64,000 bases of DNA from Eledone cirrhosa (GCA_964016885.1 OZ024747.1:55304001-55368000); one strand, 5' to 3'. Shown: positions 1 through 13,283, counted from the stretch's first letter. The notes: generated from the sequence alone by a model not told the origin. Made by a program: numbers and translations.

Positions 1-2
1 AC

Positions 3-272
3 AACAAGCAATTATTACACTACATCCAACACAACACCAGCATCACAGAAAAAGACTACACAACAACCCCAACATTCACACCACCTCCACACATACAAAT
101 CACTCGCATCACACAGAAAACGTACATGACACTAAAACAAAAATTCCTCAAAGACATCGGAGACTTCCGACAAGCACTCTCCAGGAGGATTTATAAGAAC
201 ATCCTTCCTGAGGAGGCCACAAGCAGTGAAAAGGATGGAAAAGCCGTCCTTCCCCTACGAGAAGTAAGGTAA
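3..272 (+). CDS. C-terminus of Tx1-A ORF1 (partial, not in ORF track)
   Basis: Frame 3 is open: NKQLLHYIQHNTSI...PHIQITRITQKTYMTLKQKFLKDIG...LREVR*. It aligns by eye with Tx1-B ORF1 NNKLNELIYNNPSV...PHLKLIKIPMNLYQKLKKDFKEDVG. Confidence 0.7.
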   Translation, partial: NKQLLHYIQHNTSITEKDYTTTPTFTPPPHIQITRITQKTYMTLKQKFLKDIGDFRQALSRRIYKNILPEEATSSEKDGKAVLPLREVR

Positions 273-306
273 GTGGTCTTTCCCATCTTTTCCACTCCTT
301 TTCAAC

Positions 307-3300
307 ATGACCTCACTCAGAATAGGCAGCATAAATGCGCGTGGCTTGGGGTCGTCATGGAAGCAGGGCCACCTGCTCAACGACCTCAGGTCACTAAACA
401 TAGATGTAGTGGCCATCAGCGAGACCAGAATCTCCGAAGCACAGGCTTTCGCACCGATCTTCGGCGGCTACGATGTGTACGCATCTCCCAGCAGTCCGGG
501 ATCGGGGGGAGGAGTTGCTGTGCTTTTTCGGAGAGGTTTGAATCTTGCCATACGGGCCATCTTCCTGGACCCAGAAGGTAAGTTGGTGGTGCTGGACGTG
601 ACCAGCGGAGACGGGCAAGCTTTCAGGTTAGTGGCCGTCTATGCCCCGACAGGAGCAGGGCGGCCTGATTTCTTCCGGCGTCTGGAGACCTTTCTTGGAA
701 CGTCCCGCTCTTTAGTGTTAGTGGGCGACTGGAACGGGATCTTAGATGCACGCTGGGATTGTGTGGGATTAGTGGATAGGGAAGGAGGGTGCAAGAGTCT
801 CACCAACCTGCTCAGACGTTTTGAACTGTCTGACAGGTACCGAATGGATTTCCCGAATGTACCAATGTGGACTTGGACAAATTGCATAGGGTCATCCAGA
901 TCATATCTAGATAGAGTATTTTGTAGGGAAATAGATAGGTCTAGCATAGGCTGTCCACAATTCAAGATAGTCAGCTACACGGACCACAAATTCGTGATCT
1001 GTGTGCTTGACTTAGATAGGCTTCATAGACGAGGACCCGGCTACTGGAAGCTAAACGCGTCCTTACCAGCGCGCAAGGCCTACAGAGACCGGATTAGCGA
1101 ACTAGTTAAGCGGGCGTTGACGGGGGCCATCGTCAACAACAAGTGGTGGTTTGCTCTGAAAAGAGCAATTAGAATAGAGTCCATTAGGTTTAGTAAGACT
1201 TTAGCAATAGAGAAAAATAGAGCAGAGGAAGAATTAGTTAGAAAATTAGATGAGGCGCTTAGCAAAGGCATCGCGACCGACGTACTTGCGGCGAAATTGG
1301 CCCTTGACCAATTCTTCAATGCAAAGCACGAAGGCTGCGTTGTCAGAGCTAGGGTGCGTGCTCTCAGACACGAGGGCACGAAAGCCGTTCAATGGGCCCG
1401 AGTGGCGGAGGCGCGTCGTGGCAACAAAGCCACGATCCGGTCTTTGGTGGACCACGACGGGCGCATGCTACTCGATCCCGGGCAAATGTGTGAAACTTTT
1501 CAGCGACACTTCGCTCAACTGTTAGGGGGCAGTGGCGGGCCGGATCGAGGGATGGACTTTAGTGTCTACCTCGACGGACTGCCGCGGCTTTCGGCCACTG
1601 AGGCGGAGTGTTGCGAAAAGTCGATAACAACCGCTGAAGTACGGGATGCAATGACTAGTTGCACAAGGGGTAAATCGCCTGGTTTGGATGGTCTGCCCTA
1701 TGAACTTTACGTACAATTGCCAAACTTGTTCGGAGGCCTCTTGGCGGACGTCTACTGCAACTGGCAACAGAACGGGAGAATTCCCAGCTCTGTGAGCCGA
1801 GGAGCGGTGGCGCTGTTGAGAAAGGATCCGAACAAGGGGGATAACATAGATAATTTTAGGCCCATAACTCTGCTAAACACAGAGTTCAAGATTTTGGCCA
1901 AGGTGCTAGCAAAGAGGTTGGCGCTTGTCGTTGGTGGTCTGGTGGGAGAGGCACAGACATGCGCCATTCCCGACAGATCCATCCACGACAACCTCCACCT
2001 CATGCGATACATCGTAGAGAGGGTAGCTAGGGAACCTGGCACGGGTGGGTCTTTGATCAATTTAGATCAGTCGAAAGCCTTCGATAGGGTCGACCATCGT
2101 TACCTAACGGCAGTCCTGAGGGCGGCTGGCTTTGGGCCCGTCTTCAGAGGCTGGATCGCTGCCATGCACAGCGACATCTGCTCTGTAGTGAGAGTGAACG
2201 GTCACCTTTCGGAACCGTTCAACATCATGCGCTCGGTCCGCCAAGGATGTCCCCTCTCGTCCCTATTGTACGTATTGACTCTCGAGCCATTACTGCACAA
2301 ACTGGAGACGTTGAGGGGGGTCCCGCGCGAACTAGGATGCGGAAGATCCGTGTCAGCATATGCCGACGATGTCACCGTAGTGGTGTCGAACGCCAAACAC
2401 ATCGAGGCGATCGGCACTACACTAAGAGAATACGAAGAGGTGACAGGAGCAATGATCAACCAGGAAAAGTCAGTGGGCCTGCAGCTCAGCACCTGGAGAG
2501 GCAGGTACATGCCGTCCAACAGCGTCGTCGGGCGCTGGACGGACGGACCGGTTAAATTGCTAGGGGTCTGGTTCGGTCCAGACCTCCAGACGGACAAAAA
2601 CTGGGACGAGGTGACGAGCAGGGTGGCTTCTCTCACCCAGAAATGGGCCGAGAGGAAGCTATCCCTGAAAGGTCGAGCGGAGGTGGCGAATGCGTACATC
2701 GCATCCGTCATCTACTACCGCCTGACCGTCGTACCTTGTCCTAAGCCCCGCCTGTCTGCGCTGGAGCGTTTGCTCTTTCGCTTCTTGTGGAAGGGACGCG
2801 CTCCGATGATCAGGCGGTCCATCTGCTGTCAACACCCGCTACGTGGAGGGCTGGGCATGCCGTGGCTGATGATGCGCAGACACGCGCTCAGGCTACGACA
2901 TCTCCACCTCTTCCTCGACGGTGATCAGGTGTGGTCGCCGTTTGCAAGACACGTTTTTCCCCAGCTCGTCTCCTTGACGGAGCTGCAGTCCTGGGTCAAG
3001 CGAAGACCGAGAGGGAGCGCTTGGAGACTGGAATGTCTTCAGGCGCTCACAGCCCTCGACCAATCGGGCAATGTGATCGGTGGAAACTCCACCTTGGCGT
3101 TCTAAAGGGGATTAGTGGAGGGGAAGAGCGACAAAAATCAACTAGCCAATCTCTTCGGAAGGACTTTCGGGCCGGGGCCTATGGACAACTTCCAGAAATC
3201 CCTGGCCTGGCAGTGCTACCGAGGAGCTTTGCCAGTTCGGGATAAACTCTACAGGCATGGAGGTGCCGTCAGCCGGGCATGTCCGAGATGCGCGCAGGGC

Positions 3301-3696
3301 GACGAAACCGTCCTGCACGCACTCGTCCAGTGTCCGAGCATTGCTGACTTGTGGGTTTATCTCGAACACCTGCTGTCACGTGTAGGACGGATCCAGCTAT
3401 CAGCTGAGTCCATCGTGAGGATTGCCCCGCCCCCTTACTTTAGCTTGGAAGGGCAGGCAGTTTTTATCTGTCTGGTGGCCATGGCGAAAGAGATAGTATG
3501 GTGGACACGTTTGAAAGGGCTGAAGACGAGCACTTACCTCTTCGGTGATGCCCTGATTAACTTTTTCAAATTTCATTTGAAAAGGAAAATCAGGGTAGAG
3601 AGGGAAGTGCTCTCTTCCCAGCATTTTCTTGAAAGATGGGTGAGAGAAGCAAGTATGGCCCGAATGAATGGGCCTTCTCTGAGTATGTGTCTGTAA
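307..3696 (+). pseudogene. Tx1-A ORF2: AP endonuclease, reverse transcriptase and CCHC, with one premature stop
   Basis: EN motifs (NARG, SET, VYAP, GDWN, YLDR, TDH), RT motifs (PGLDG, FRPITLLN, KAFDRV, QGCPLS, YADD) and CPRC..ETVLHALVQC. TAA at 3103-3105 corresponds to TAT in copy 2. The same frame resumes to 3696. There is a 30-bp in-frame deletion near 3131 relative to copy 2. Confidence 0.93.
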
Positions 3697-3938
3697 ATTA
3701 AAGGTGGAAAACTGGGAGAGGGCACTTGCCCTGGTGGTCAGGGCCACTGTGGTCTTTTAATGGGCTTTCTCCACAAATGTCCCTTGGAAGTCTCCCCCCT
3801 ATTGGGGAATTTTTCTTTGTTATTTTATTTCAACCTCTGTTTTTTTACACGCAGAAATGCCCATTTGTACCGTCCTGTATTGTCCTGTACTGTCCTTAAT
3901 GTCTACTTTATGTGAACCCTTGTGGTTAATAAAGAAAA

Positions 3939-3999
<61 letters not shown>

Positions 4000-4000
4000 G

Positions 4001-4211
4001 TTGTTCTTTGAGTCTCAGTCATTGATGTTATTTAACTGGAAAGTTTTGTTGAAATGAATATCAAGCCGCTACCGGCAGCTTATGATATTCAGGACGTATC
4101 GGAGGGTTCTTGCTGTTCCCAGCGAGCATGCCTTTTGAAGTATTCCAAAAAGCGGGGCTGGACTAACTTTCTTTAACCATCCTTGGAAACTCTTTGAGAT
4201 AGTACCTAGTG
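4001..4211 (-). mobile_element. R4/Dong-type RLE non-LTR element, 3' fragment (family 1, copy 1)
   Basis: Encodes LGTISKSFQGWLKK...LQKACSLGTARTLRYVLNI plus the 3'UTR shared with the 13.3 and 15.9 kb copies. (TTA)n on both sides. Confidence 0.85.
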
Positions 4212-4499
4212 ATATTATTATTATTATTATTATAAATATTATTATTATTACCATTATTGTTGTTGTATGTGCTGCTACTGTTATTGTTGCAGTAATCGGG
4301 GGTGGAGTGTGATGGATGAAGAGGAGGAGAAGGAAGTATAGTAGATGTCGGGTCACTCGAAATAGTGTTTTTTGCCTATTCTTTTCTGTTCCATCTTGTC
4401 ATTGGCATAGTGATTGTTTATTACGGCAGTTGTAGCTTTTGTTGTTGCTCTCGTCGTTGTCGCCGACATATTCACTGTTATAACTGGTGTTGTTGGAGA

Positions 4500-4735
4500 T
4501 CTGATGGTGGTGGTGGTGGTGGCAGTGGTGCTGGTGGTGATGGTGCTGCTGGTGGTGCTGGTGGTGATGTTGGTGGCGGAGGTGCTAGTGATGCTGGTGG
4601 TGGTGCTGGTGGTGGTGGTGCTGGTGGTGGCGGTGGTGGCGGTGGTGGTGGTGGTGGTGGTGGTGTTGTTGGTGCTGGTGGTGCTGGTGGTAGTGGTGAT
4701 GGTCGTGGAGGTTATGGTGGTGGTGTGGTGGTGTT
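4500..4735. repeat. (GGT/GCT)n microsatellite
   Basis: Visible triplet repeat. Confidence 0.95.
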
Positions 4736-4958
4736 AATGGCTATGTGTTGTGTTGGTTATGGCGACGTTTCTGATGTTATGTCTATGATATATCGAAAAT
4801 AGAGAAAAGAAAACTAAAACTGTAATGGAGAATCATACATACATACATACAAACAAATATATATACATATGCATGTAGGCATATTTGTATATACATATAT
4901 ACACACACACACACATATATATATGTGTGTGGGGTGTGTGTGTGTGTGTGGGGGGGGG

Positions 4959-5006
<48 letters not shown>

Positions 5007-5289
5007 CCATGTGCGTTCTTGTGTGTGCGGGTTTGTGAGTCTTGTCTGTGCGTCTCTATGTGTGTGAATGTGCTAGAATACAGCAGGATGCAATAAAATA
5101 AGAAACACATTCAAAATATAGAAATGAAAGACAAAAATGAAAAAAACAATAAAAACAAAACCTAACACACCAAAACCAATAACAGAGAAACATTCGAACT
5201 TAGAAGAAATTCCTTTTCTTTGTGTCAGCTCGTATTTCTCTTCTTTTCTTAACTTTCTTTAAGATTTATGGGGTCACTACACACCCATG

Positions 5290-6420
5290 CCAACAATAGA
5301 CCAACGTTATTTCATTTTATTTTCCTCAATATTTTCTGAAATTTGTTTAACATATAACCAACAGCAGAATGTAATTACAGTTGTGACGTATCATTAAAAC
5401 ATGAGCTGCTGTCTTGAATGTGTCTACCTTAGTAGTCAAGGTGTTTGCTTGACGGTCAGGACATCTTTAAGAGGCGGTACGTCGTGTATAACAACATTAG
5501 ACCAACAATATTTCATTTTGTTCTTCTCAATATATTTTCTGAATAACCAAAAACAAAATGATAGACAAAATAAAAATTGAGTAAATACACGAAAGAAGGA
5601 CTAAAATAATAAAAATAAAAAAAACACGACACATATTTAAAATTGAAAAAGAAAGGAAGAAACAAGTTCTCTAGGGTCACAGAAGAATGTGGGGTCAAGG
5701 GGGGCGGAGATGGGCTCTGGGCCTAGGGCACGGTGGTGTTTTGGCTGCACCCGGCGGACAAATTGGCAAAAGCATTTCTGCGGACAATTGCAAGCGACAC
5801 ACCCTCAGACGGGTTGCTGACATTTCGATCTTGCTGAGGAACTCGGCAGTACAGGGTCCGAGTACGCCAGAGGTCTCGACAGCGACCAGTGCGAGGAGGA
5901 ATCAACCGGACAATCTCCGGTATTTGTTTGTCTTCAGAATGTAATTACAGTTGTGACATACCATAAACAAATTAGCTACTGTCGTGAATGTGTCTATTTA
6001 GAGGTCGAAGTGTTCGGAAGATCGTTATCAAGCGCTACAGTATGCTCTTGAACAAGATATATGTTTCTCTACTCTTTTTAAAATCAAATTTAAAATATAA
6101 TCAGCACCAAAAGATATTTACAAGTCTCCCTTAAACTTAAGTCGCTGTCTTGAAGAAGCCTGTCTTAGTATGAGTGTTTAGATCATAGTCGGAATTTCGA
6201 TTGTCGTCGTGAGGTATGTCCTTGAACAAGACACTTTATTTTCAAAACTGCTTTTAATCACAATTATTTAACATGTAACCGACAGCACAAGGTAATTCTA
6301 AATGTGACGTACCATAAAAACAAAATTCAAAGTAGTGAAAGAACTTGCTTTAGTGGTTATGATGTTTGGGGCACAATCATGAGTTTCATTTGCGGCAGTG
6401 TATTTTGTCCTTCAACTGGC
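5290..6420 (+). repeat. Cluster of degenerate tandem SINE-like units
   Basis: Recurring blocks cagaatgtaattacagttgtgac (~5365, ~5935, variant ~6283), tagtggtta-like heads and ccttgaacaagacactttattt-like cores. Confidence 0.5.
5670..5925 (-). mobile_element. CRE-like RLE non-LTR retrotransposon, 3' remnant
   Basis: Minus strand reads KYRRLSG*FLLALVAVETSGVLGPCTAEFL... then, after a frameshift, SLAIVRRNA. This resembles the CRE-type C-terminal motif (KY..., AVET.G, S.A..RGNA). Confidence 0.6.
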
Positions 6421-6574
6421 AAATGTAAATTGGTTCTAATATAAAATCAGTGTCAAACTAACTTTTCCCCAAATCTATGTTCTAGTTGTTAAAAAACCGT
6501 CTCGTGAAATACCGTATACACCCAGGGAGGTTTATTTTGACACTATATATATATATGAGAAGGCTACCACGAAA

Positions 6575-6722
6575 ATTACAGTTACAACTCATATTTACCA
6601 GTTGAGTGAACAGGAGTAACGTGAAATATAATTTCTTGCTCAAGGACAGAATGTGCTCCTCAGAATCTAACTTACCAACTGATGATCGTGAGATGAGTAT
6701 CCTAACCACTAAGACACCTACC
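6575..6722 (-). mobile_element. tRNA-derived SINE (ccttgagcaag core family)
   Basis: Reverse strand has a tagtggttagg A-box-like head followed by tgtccttgagcaag...tttcacgtt. Confidence 0.65.
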
Positions 6723-7287
6723 CTCATGTTTAGTTGTCCCACCTTTTTACTATTTGTCTATGTCGCCATCTATTCGTAGTATTGTCTCTCATTTCTGTCT
6801 CTCGTCTATATTATTTTATTCATGTTCTTTCACTGATAATCCTTCACTCTTGCTTACTCTATTTCTCCCTATTCTTATTATCATCAGCTATGTCACCCTC
6901 AGTCATTACCCTCACATACTATCTCACTCATACACTCTCACTCAGTCATACACTCTCACTCACTCACACACTCTCACTCACTCACTCACACACTCTCACA
7001 CCTTACTCTCTCTCTCATACACTCCAACTCACTCATACACTCTCACACCTTCTTACTCTCTCACTCATACACTCTCACTCACTCATACTCTCTCACACTA
7101 TATTGCTCACTCACTCACTCATACACTCTCAATCATAAACTCTCACTCACACTTACTCTCTCCTGCCGCATTCTTTGTAATTCTCCCTCTCCTTCTCTTA
7201 CTAGCTTTAACTTTCTCGCATTCCCCCCTTCCTTTCTGTTGGTAGCAACGCTCACTCTCTCACTCTCACATTATCTGAAGCTTAGTG

Positions 7288-7661
7288 GTGAATTGAGTGG
7301 TGAGAGGGCGGTGAATTGGCAGTATCGGTAGAGGGTCGGACGCATGGAGTTACGGCCCTTGCCATTCTGAGTTCAAATCCTGCCGAGGTTACCTTTGCCT
7401 TTCATCCTTAAGGGGTCGATAAAATAAAGTACCAGTAATGTACTGGTGTGATTGCTGGCCTTGTGCCAAATGTAGAAACAATTATCGTTTAGGTGAATTG
7501 GCAGTATCGGTAGAGGGTCGGACGCATGGAGCTACGGCCCTTGCCATTGTGACTTCAAATCCCGCCGAGGTTACCTTTTCCTTTCATCCTTAAGGGGTCG
7601 ATAAAATAAAGTACCAGTAATGTACTGGGTGATTGCTGGCCTTGTGCCAAATGTAGAAACA
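7288..7661 (+). mobile_element. Head-to-tail dimer of a tRNA-SINE (gcctttcatcc...ggggtcgataaa family) with an 18-bp TSD
   Basis: Two ~180-bp near-identical units with B-box gagttcaaatcc. attatctgaagcttagtg is duplicated at 7270-7287 and 7662-7679. Confidence 0.85.
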
Positions 7662-7739
7662 ATTATCTGAAGCTTAGTGTATCTAACTCTCTTTTCTCGA
7701 TTTCTAATACTTAATCTCTCTTTCATAAGAACCAATATA

Positions 7740-7755
7740 TGTAGTTTTTCTCACT

Positions 7756-7814
<59 letters not shown>

Positions 7815-8075
7815 TCTCTCTCTCTTTCTTTCTCTTTCTATCTATCTATCTCTCCCTCTCTGCCTTGTCACAATTATATTCTCCATTTCGTTGTCTGTTT
7901 CTTTTTCACGCTCAATCTTTCTAACCACCTTTTCTCTCTCTTTCTTTCTTTCTTTCATTCTCACTCACTCTTTCTCTCTCACTCTCTTACTCTCTCTCTC
8001 TATCTATCTTCTCTCTCTCACACACTATATTTCTCTTTCTCTCTATCTTTCTCTCTCCATCACTCTCTTTCTCTT

Positions 8076-8122
<47 letters not shown>

Positions 8123-8135
8123 TTCTCTTTATCTC

Positions 8136-8192
<57 letters not shown>

Positions 8193-8215
8193 CTCTCTCT
8201 ATTTCTCTGTCACTC
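7740..8215. repeat. (CT)n-rich tract
   Basis: Visible repeat. Confidence 0.95.
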
Positions 8216-8662
8216 TTAACTTAACTGCCTCTTTAGCAACCTCACTCTCTGTTCAACTCACTCACGCCTTCACTTCCTTACTCTCTCTTCCTTTTACACA
8301 AATATTCTTTTTACTTATCTATAGACTAATGAATGCTCTCCCATTTCTTTCTCTCTCTTATTTTATCATTTTCTGTCTCCCTGATATTAACATATCTTTC
8401 TCCTCTTAGAAATGTATATATTCTATGCCTCTACCCATGTTTCTCTCCCACTCTGTATGTCTACTTCCCCCTCACCACAAAGCCTTATGTTCAGAGATAC
8501 GTCCACCCACTCTCTCCATTCAAATACATTTGTTTCACTGCTGTCCACCATCTTCTGAGACCTCGCAATCTACCATTCTCTCTTTTTCTATCCTCTCATG
8601 CTTCCCAACAATTTTTTTTTTTCAATATGCAATCTACGGCATTATTACCATTAAGGCACAGT

Positions 8663-8718
<56 letters not shown>

Positions 8719-8937
8719 TACATATGTACATATATACACAAAATATATATACATATGCATACATATGAACATATATACACAAAACATAGATTTATATACA
8801 TGTATCTATATGACTCATTGAGTGGACATGCCTGTTCAGCTTTCATCTATTTTATGTTGATACATGCTGTCAAAGATGGAGTAATCTAAACACCCAACTC
8901 TACGATATGTCTCTACATTATTCCACGTGCTTATTTC

Positions 8938-8985
<48 letters not shown>

Positions 8986-9125
8986 GAATTTATTGTTATG
9001 TATCTAGCTGCTTTTTATAACTATTGTTCGTTTATTTATTTATTTGATTGCTGTGTTTTGTGTCCTTGCACATTCCAGTGGATTGAAATCTCTCAAATAC
9101 CATTCTTACATATGTACAAATGTAT

Positions 9126-9171
<46 letters not shown>

Positions 9172-9322
9172 GTGAATGTGTGTATCTATACATCTATCAT
9201 GTATATGCATACATATGTATATATATATATATATATGTATCTGTCATTCTCTGTTTGCCTGTGTAGTTATCTCTCCGTCAATCTCTTCCCCTCTCTCTGT
9301 CTCTCTCTCGCTCTCACTTTCT

Positions 9323-9363
<41 letters not shown>

Positions 9364-9493
9364 CTTGTGTGTGTTGTGTGTGTATATGTGTGTATATGTG
9401 TGTGTTTATGTTTGTGTGTATATTCATCTGCGGAGATATGTATAAAATACGAGACCATACAAACATTCTGTAATATTGAATAAAAAATCTCTC

Positions 9494-9550
<57 letters not shown>

Positions 9551-9555
9551 CACAC

Positions 9556-9612
<57 letters not shown>

Positions 9613-10195
9613 CACACATATATATTTTTTTTTTTCTATCTATATATATATACATATATAAGCATACACATATATATACACGCATACACACATATATAAA
9701 TGCGTATGCGTGTGTATATGTCTGTGTATATATATATATATAGAGAGAGAGAGGGGGGGCTAGTGTCCCTGCATGGTGATTTTTAGTTCTTAATGTATAA
9801 ATTGAAATATTTATATTATATATAGTTATTCATCCTCCGATACATAAGAACACATTTAGAGAATCATTTAGAAAAATAAATAAAATCTACGCACTATCTC
9901 CCTGGGTAGTTTTTGTCATTTCTGTAACTTTGGTGACATAATTGTCGTTGATGTTGTATACTAATGGAGATATAGTTTGAATGCACGGAATTATTAAAGG
10001 AAATATCACACATAACACATTATGTATGTTTTTCTTACTGAGTTACACTTTATTGGTAAAGAAGAACCTCTTTGTATGTTTCTTTGTCTGTTTGGTTATA
10101 ACTTTCGTTCTTTCCTTCTCTCTTTTTCTGCCTATCTACCTATCTATCTTTAATTATCTCTGCCTCTGCCTCTGTCTCTGTCTCTTTCTCTCTCC

Positions 10196-10263
<68 letters not shown>

Positions 10264-10279
10264 ATATATAAAAATATAT

Positions 10280-10471
10280 ATACATTTCTGAAGACACCAT
10301 ATATATGTGAAGGTATGTATATTTCCTCTGATTGTTTGTAATATTTTTTATATAGATCTATATGATATACATACCAACACACATATATATCCTAGAAACG
10401 ATCGTAAAATGATGAATTTTTTAATATAAGGAACTTGTTCTTTGTTTTTATTCATTGTTTTATTACTTTAT

Positions 10472-10549
<78 letters not shown>

Positions 10550-10832
10550 TAATAAAACAATTAATAAAAACAAAGAACAAGTTCCTTATATTAAAATGTT
10601 CATCATTTTACGATCGTTTCTAGGATATATATGTGTGTTGGTATTTCTGAAGACAGCATATATATGTGTAGGTATGTATATTCCCTCTGATAGTTTGTGA
10701 AATTTTTACATAGATCTATATGATATACATACCAACACACACATATATATCCTAGAAAGGATTGTAAAATTATGAATTTGTTAATATAAGGAACTGTTTC
10801 TTTGTTTTTATTCATTGTTTTTATTAATTTAT
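10280..10832 (+). mobile_element. PLE pseudo-LTR-like unit arranged direct-(TA)n-inverted-direct
   Basis: Unit at ~10283-10470, partial reverse complement at ~10545-10642, second direct copy at ~10643-10830. Contains a hammerhead-like motif. Confidence 0.65.
10283..10411 (+). ncRNA. Type-I hammerhead ribozyme-like motif with long stem II
   Basis: Stem I CATTT/AAATG, CTGAAGA at 10288, extended stem II with mismatches at its base, GAAA at 10395, palindromic stem III ACGATCGT, GUA site. Confidence 0.6.
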
Positions 10833-10958
10833 CTTGACTCTGTTTTCCTGTGATTTTCATCGAAAATATTTTTGAATACATCTTTTCTTTTCGTTATATT
10901 TGGATTACATTGAGCTCTTCATACGGATTGGACACTACCGTATATTTTGGTAAATTTA

Positions 10959-11024
<66 letters not shown>

Positions 11025-11027
<3 letters not shown>

Positions 11028-11125
11028 AAAGAAATGAAATCGAAAATTAAACTGGAGTCTTTTTAAGAATATTTATTTGTTTCCTTTACCGGGTTCACGG
11101 TTCTTATGCTTTTCAAAATTAGACT
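11025..11125 (-). mobile_element. Fragment of the 60.3-61.0 kb PLE pLTR family
   Basis: atcgaaaat...actggagtct...tatttatttgtttcctttaccgg matches ~60410-60500. Abuts (TA)n. Confidence 0.7.
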
Positions 11126-11237
11126 TGATATGTTATATATACTAGCAGAAAAACCACCCCCGGGTGGTTTTCTGCTAGCATGTGTAGTGTGTATATTGAT
11201 ATTATACGCAGGTATATATACCTGTAGATATGTTTGT

Positions 11238-11360
11238 GAAGGCGCATGGCTGAGTGGTTAGAGAATTGGATTCACAATCTTGAGGCTGTGAGTTTGATAC
11301 CTGGACCGGGTGATGCGTTATGTCCTTGAGCAAGACACTTTATTTCACGTTGTTCCTTCT
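11238..11360 (+). mobile_element. tRNA-derived SINE head (ccttgagcaag core family)
   Basis: ggcgcatggctgagtggttag A-box, gagtttgatacc B-box, tgtccttgagcaagacactttatttcacgttg. Confidence 0.75.
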
Positions 11361-11795
11361 ACCTGGAGTTGCGACCGATAGATAGTACTAGCAACTGGAA
11401 AGACCAACGGAAACATTGTTTCCTCGGTCCGATTTGACGAAAGTCGATCGATCCTTAGATATGATACATCAAATAAAATCGTAATTGACAATATATGATA
11501 CATAGAAATTGAACGAAGACTGCGTTACACTGTCTTATTTAATCAGTAACGTAATCCATGATACATTAAAAAAGACGATATTATATATGAACTGCATTAG
11601 CAGAAAATTAATATGTTTATTTAAGCGACGACCAACCGGAAGTGTTGACATTTCAGGAATTTTAAAGAAGTGAATGTTTAAATAAACAAAATATATTTAA
11701 TCAACAGCCACGAAATTTAGCTGATAAATTGTGTAATATTCATTCATTATTTATTCAAAGTAATCCAACTTATTTTACTAAATGGCTCTATTTTA

Positions 11796-13283
11796 TTTGG
11801 GCCCGTCTTCAGAGGATCGCTGCCATGCACAGCGACATCTGCTCTGTGGTGAGAGTGAACGGTCACCTTTCGGAACCGTTCAACATCATGCGCTCGGTCC
11901 GCCAAAGATATCCCCTCTCGTCGCTCTTGTACGTATTGACTCTCGAGGCATTACTGCACAAACTGGAGACGCGGAGAGGAGGCTATCCCTGAAAGATCGA
12001 GCGGTGGTGGCTAACGCGTACATCGCGTCCGTCATCTACTACCGCCTGACCGTCGTACCTTGTCCTAAGCCCAGCCTGTTTGCTCTTTCGCTTTTTGTGG
12101 AAGGGACGCGCTCCGATGGTCAGGCGGTCCATCTGCTGTCAACACCCGCTACATGGAGGGCTGGGCGTGCCGTGGCTGATGATGTGCAGGCACGCGCTCA
12201 GGCTACAACATCTCCACCACTTCCTCGTCGGTGATCAGGTGTGGTCGCCGTTTGCTAGACGCATCTTTCCCCATCTCGTCTCCTTGACGGAGCTGCAGTC
12301 CTGGGTCAAGCGAAGAACGAGAGGGAGCGCTTGGAGACTGGAATGTCTTCAGGCGCTCACAGCCCTCGACCAATCGGGCAATGTGATCGATGGAAACTCC
12401 ACCTCGGCGTTCTATAGAGGATTAGTGAAGGGGAAGAGCGATGACGTACTTGGGGAAACTCTACGCGTCGACGAAAATCAACTAGCCAATCTCTTCGGAA
12501 GAACTTTTGGGCCGGGGCCTATGGACAACTTCCAGAAATCCCTGGCCTGGCAGTGCTACCGAGGAGCTTTGCCAGTTCGGGATAAACTTTACAGGCATGG
12601 AGGTGCCGTCAGCCGGGCATGTCCGAGATGCGCGCAGAGCGACGAAACCGTCCTGCACGCACTCGTCCAGTGTCCGAGAATTGCTGACTTGTGGGTTTAT
12701 GTCGAATACCTGCTGTCGCGTGTAGGACGGATCCGGCTATCTGCTGAGTCCATCGTGAGAATTTCCCCGCCCTCTTCCTTTAGCCGGGAAGGGCAGGCAG
12801 TTTTTATCTGTCAGGTGGCCATGGCGAAAGAGATAGTATGGTGGACACGTTTGAAAGGGCTGAAGACGAGCTCTTACCTCTTCGGTGATGCTCTGATTAA
12901 CTTTTTCAAATTTCATTTGAAAAGGAAAATCAGGGTAGAGAGGGAAGTGCTCTCTTCCCAGCATTTTGTTGAAAGATGGGTGAGAGAAGCAAGAATGGCC
13001 CGAGTGAATGGGCCTACTCTGAGTATGTGTCTGTAAATTAAAGGTGGAAAACTGGGAGAGGGCACTTGTCTTGGTGGTCAGGGTCACTGTGGCCTTTTAA
13101 TGGGCTTTCTCCACAAATGTGCCCCCGAAGTCTCCCCCCTATTGGGGAATTTTTCATTGTTATTTTTTGTTACATCCTCTGTTTTTGTTTTTTACTCGCA
13201 GAAATGCCCATTTGTACCGTCCTGTATTGTCCTTGACTGTCCTTAATGTCTACTTTATGTAAACCCTTGCGGTTAATAAAGAA

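Larger units (their letters stand above)
1..3940 (+). mobile_element. Tx1-clade (L1-group) LINE, lineage A, copy 1 (5' end lies outside the window)
   Basis: ORF1 tail, then APE-RT-Zn-finger ORF2, 3'UTR, AATAAA near 3928 and (TTA)n. Confidence 0.92.

Noticed and set aside
3103-3105. Programmed read-through in Tx1-A ORF2
   Set aside because: Copy 2 has TAT and the lineage-B copies have Tyr here, so this is a simple nonsense mutation.
7300-7400. tRNA gene calls for SINE heads (also 11238, 47100, 48867)
   Set aside because: They have A/B boxes only, no cloverleaf, and are followed by SINE bodies.
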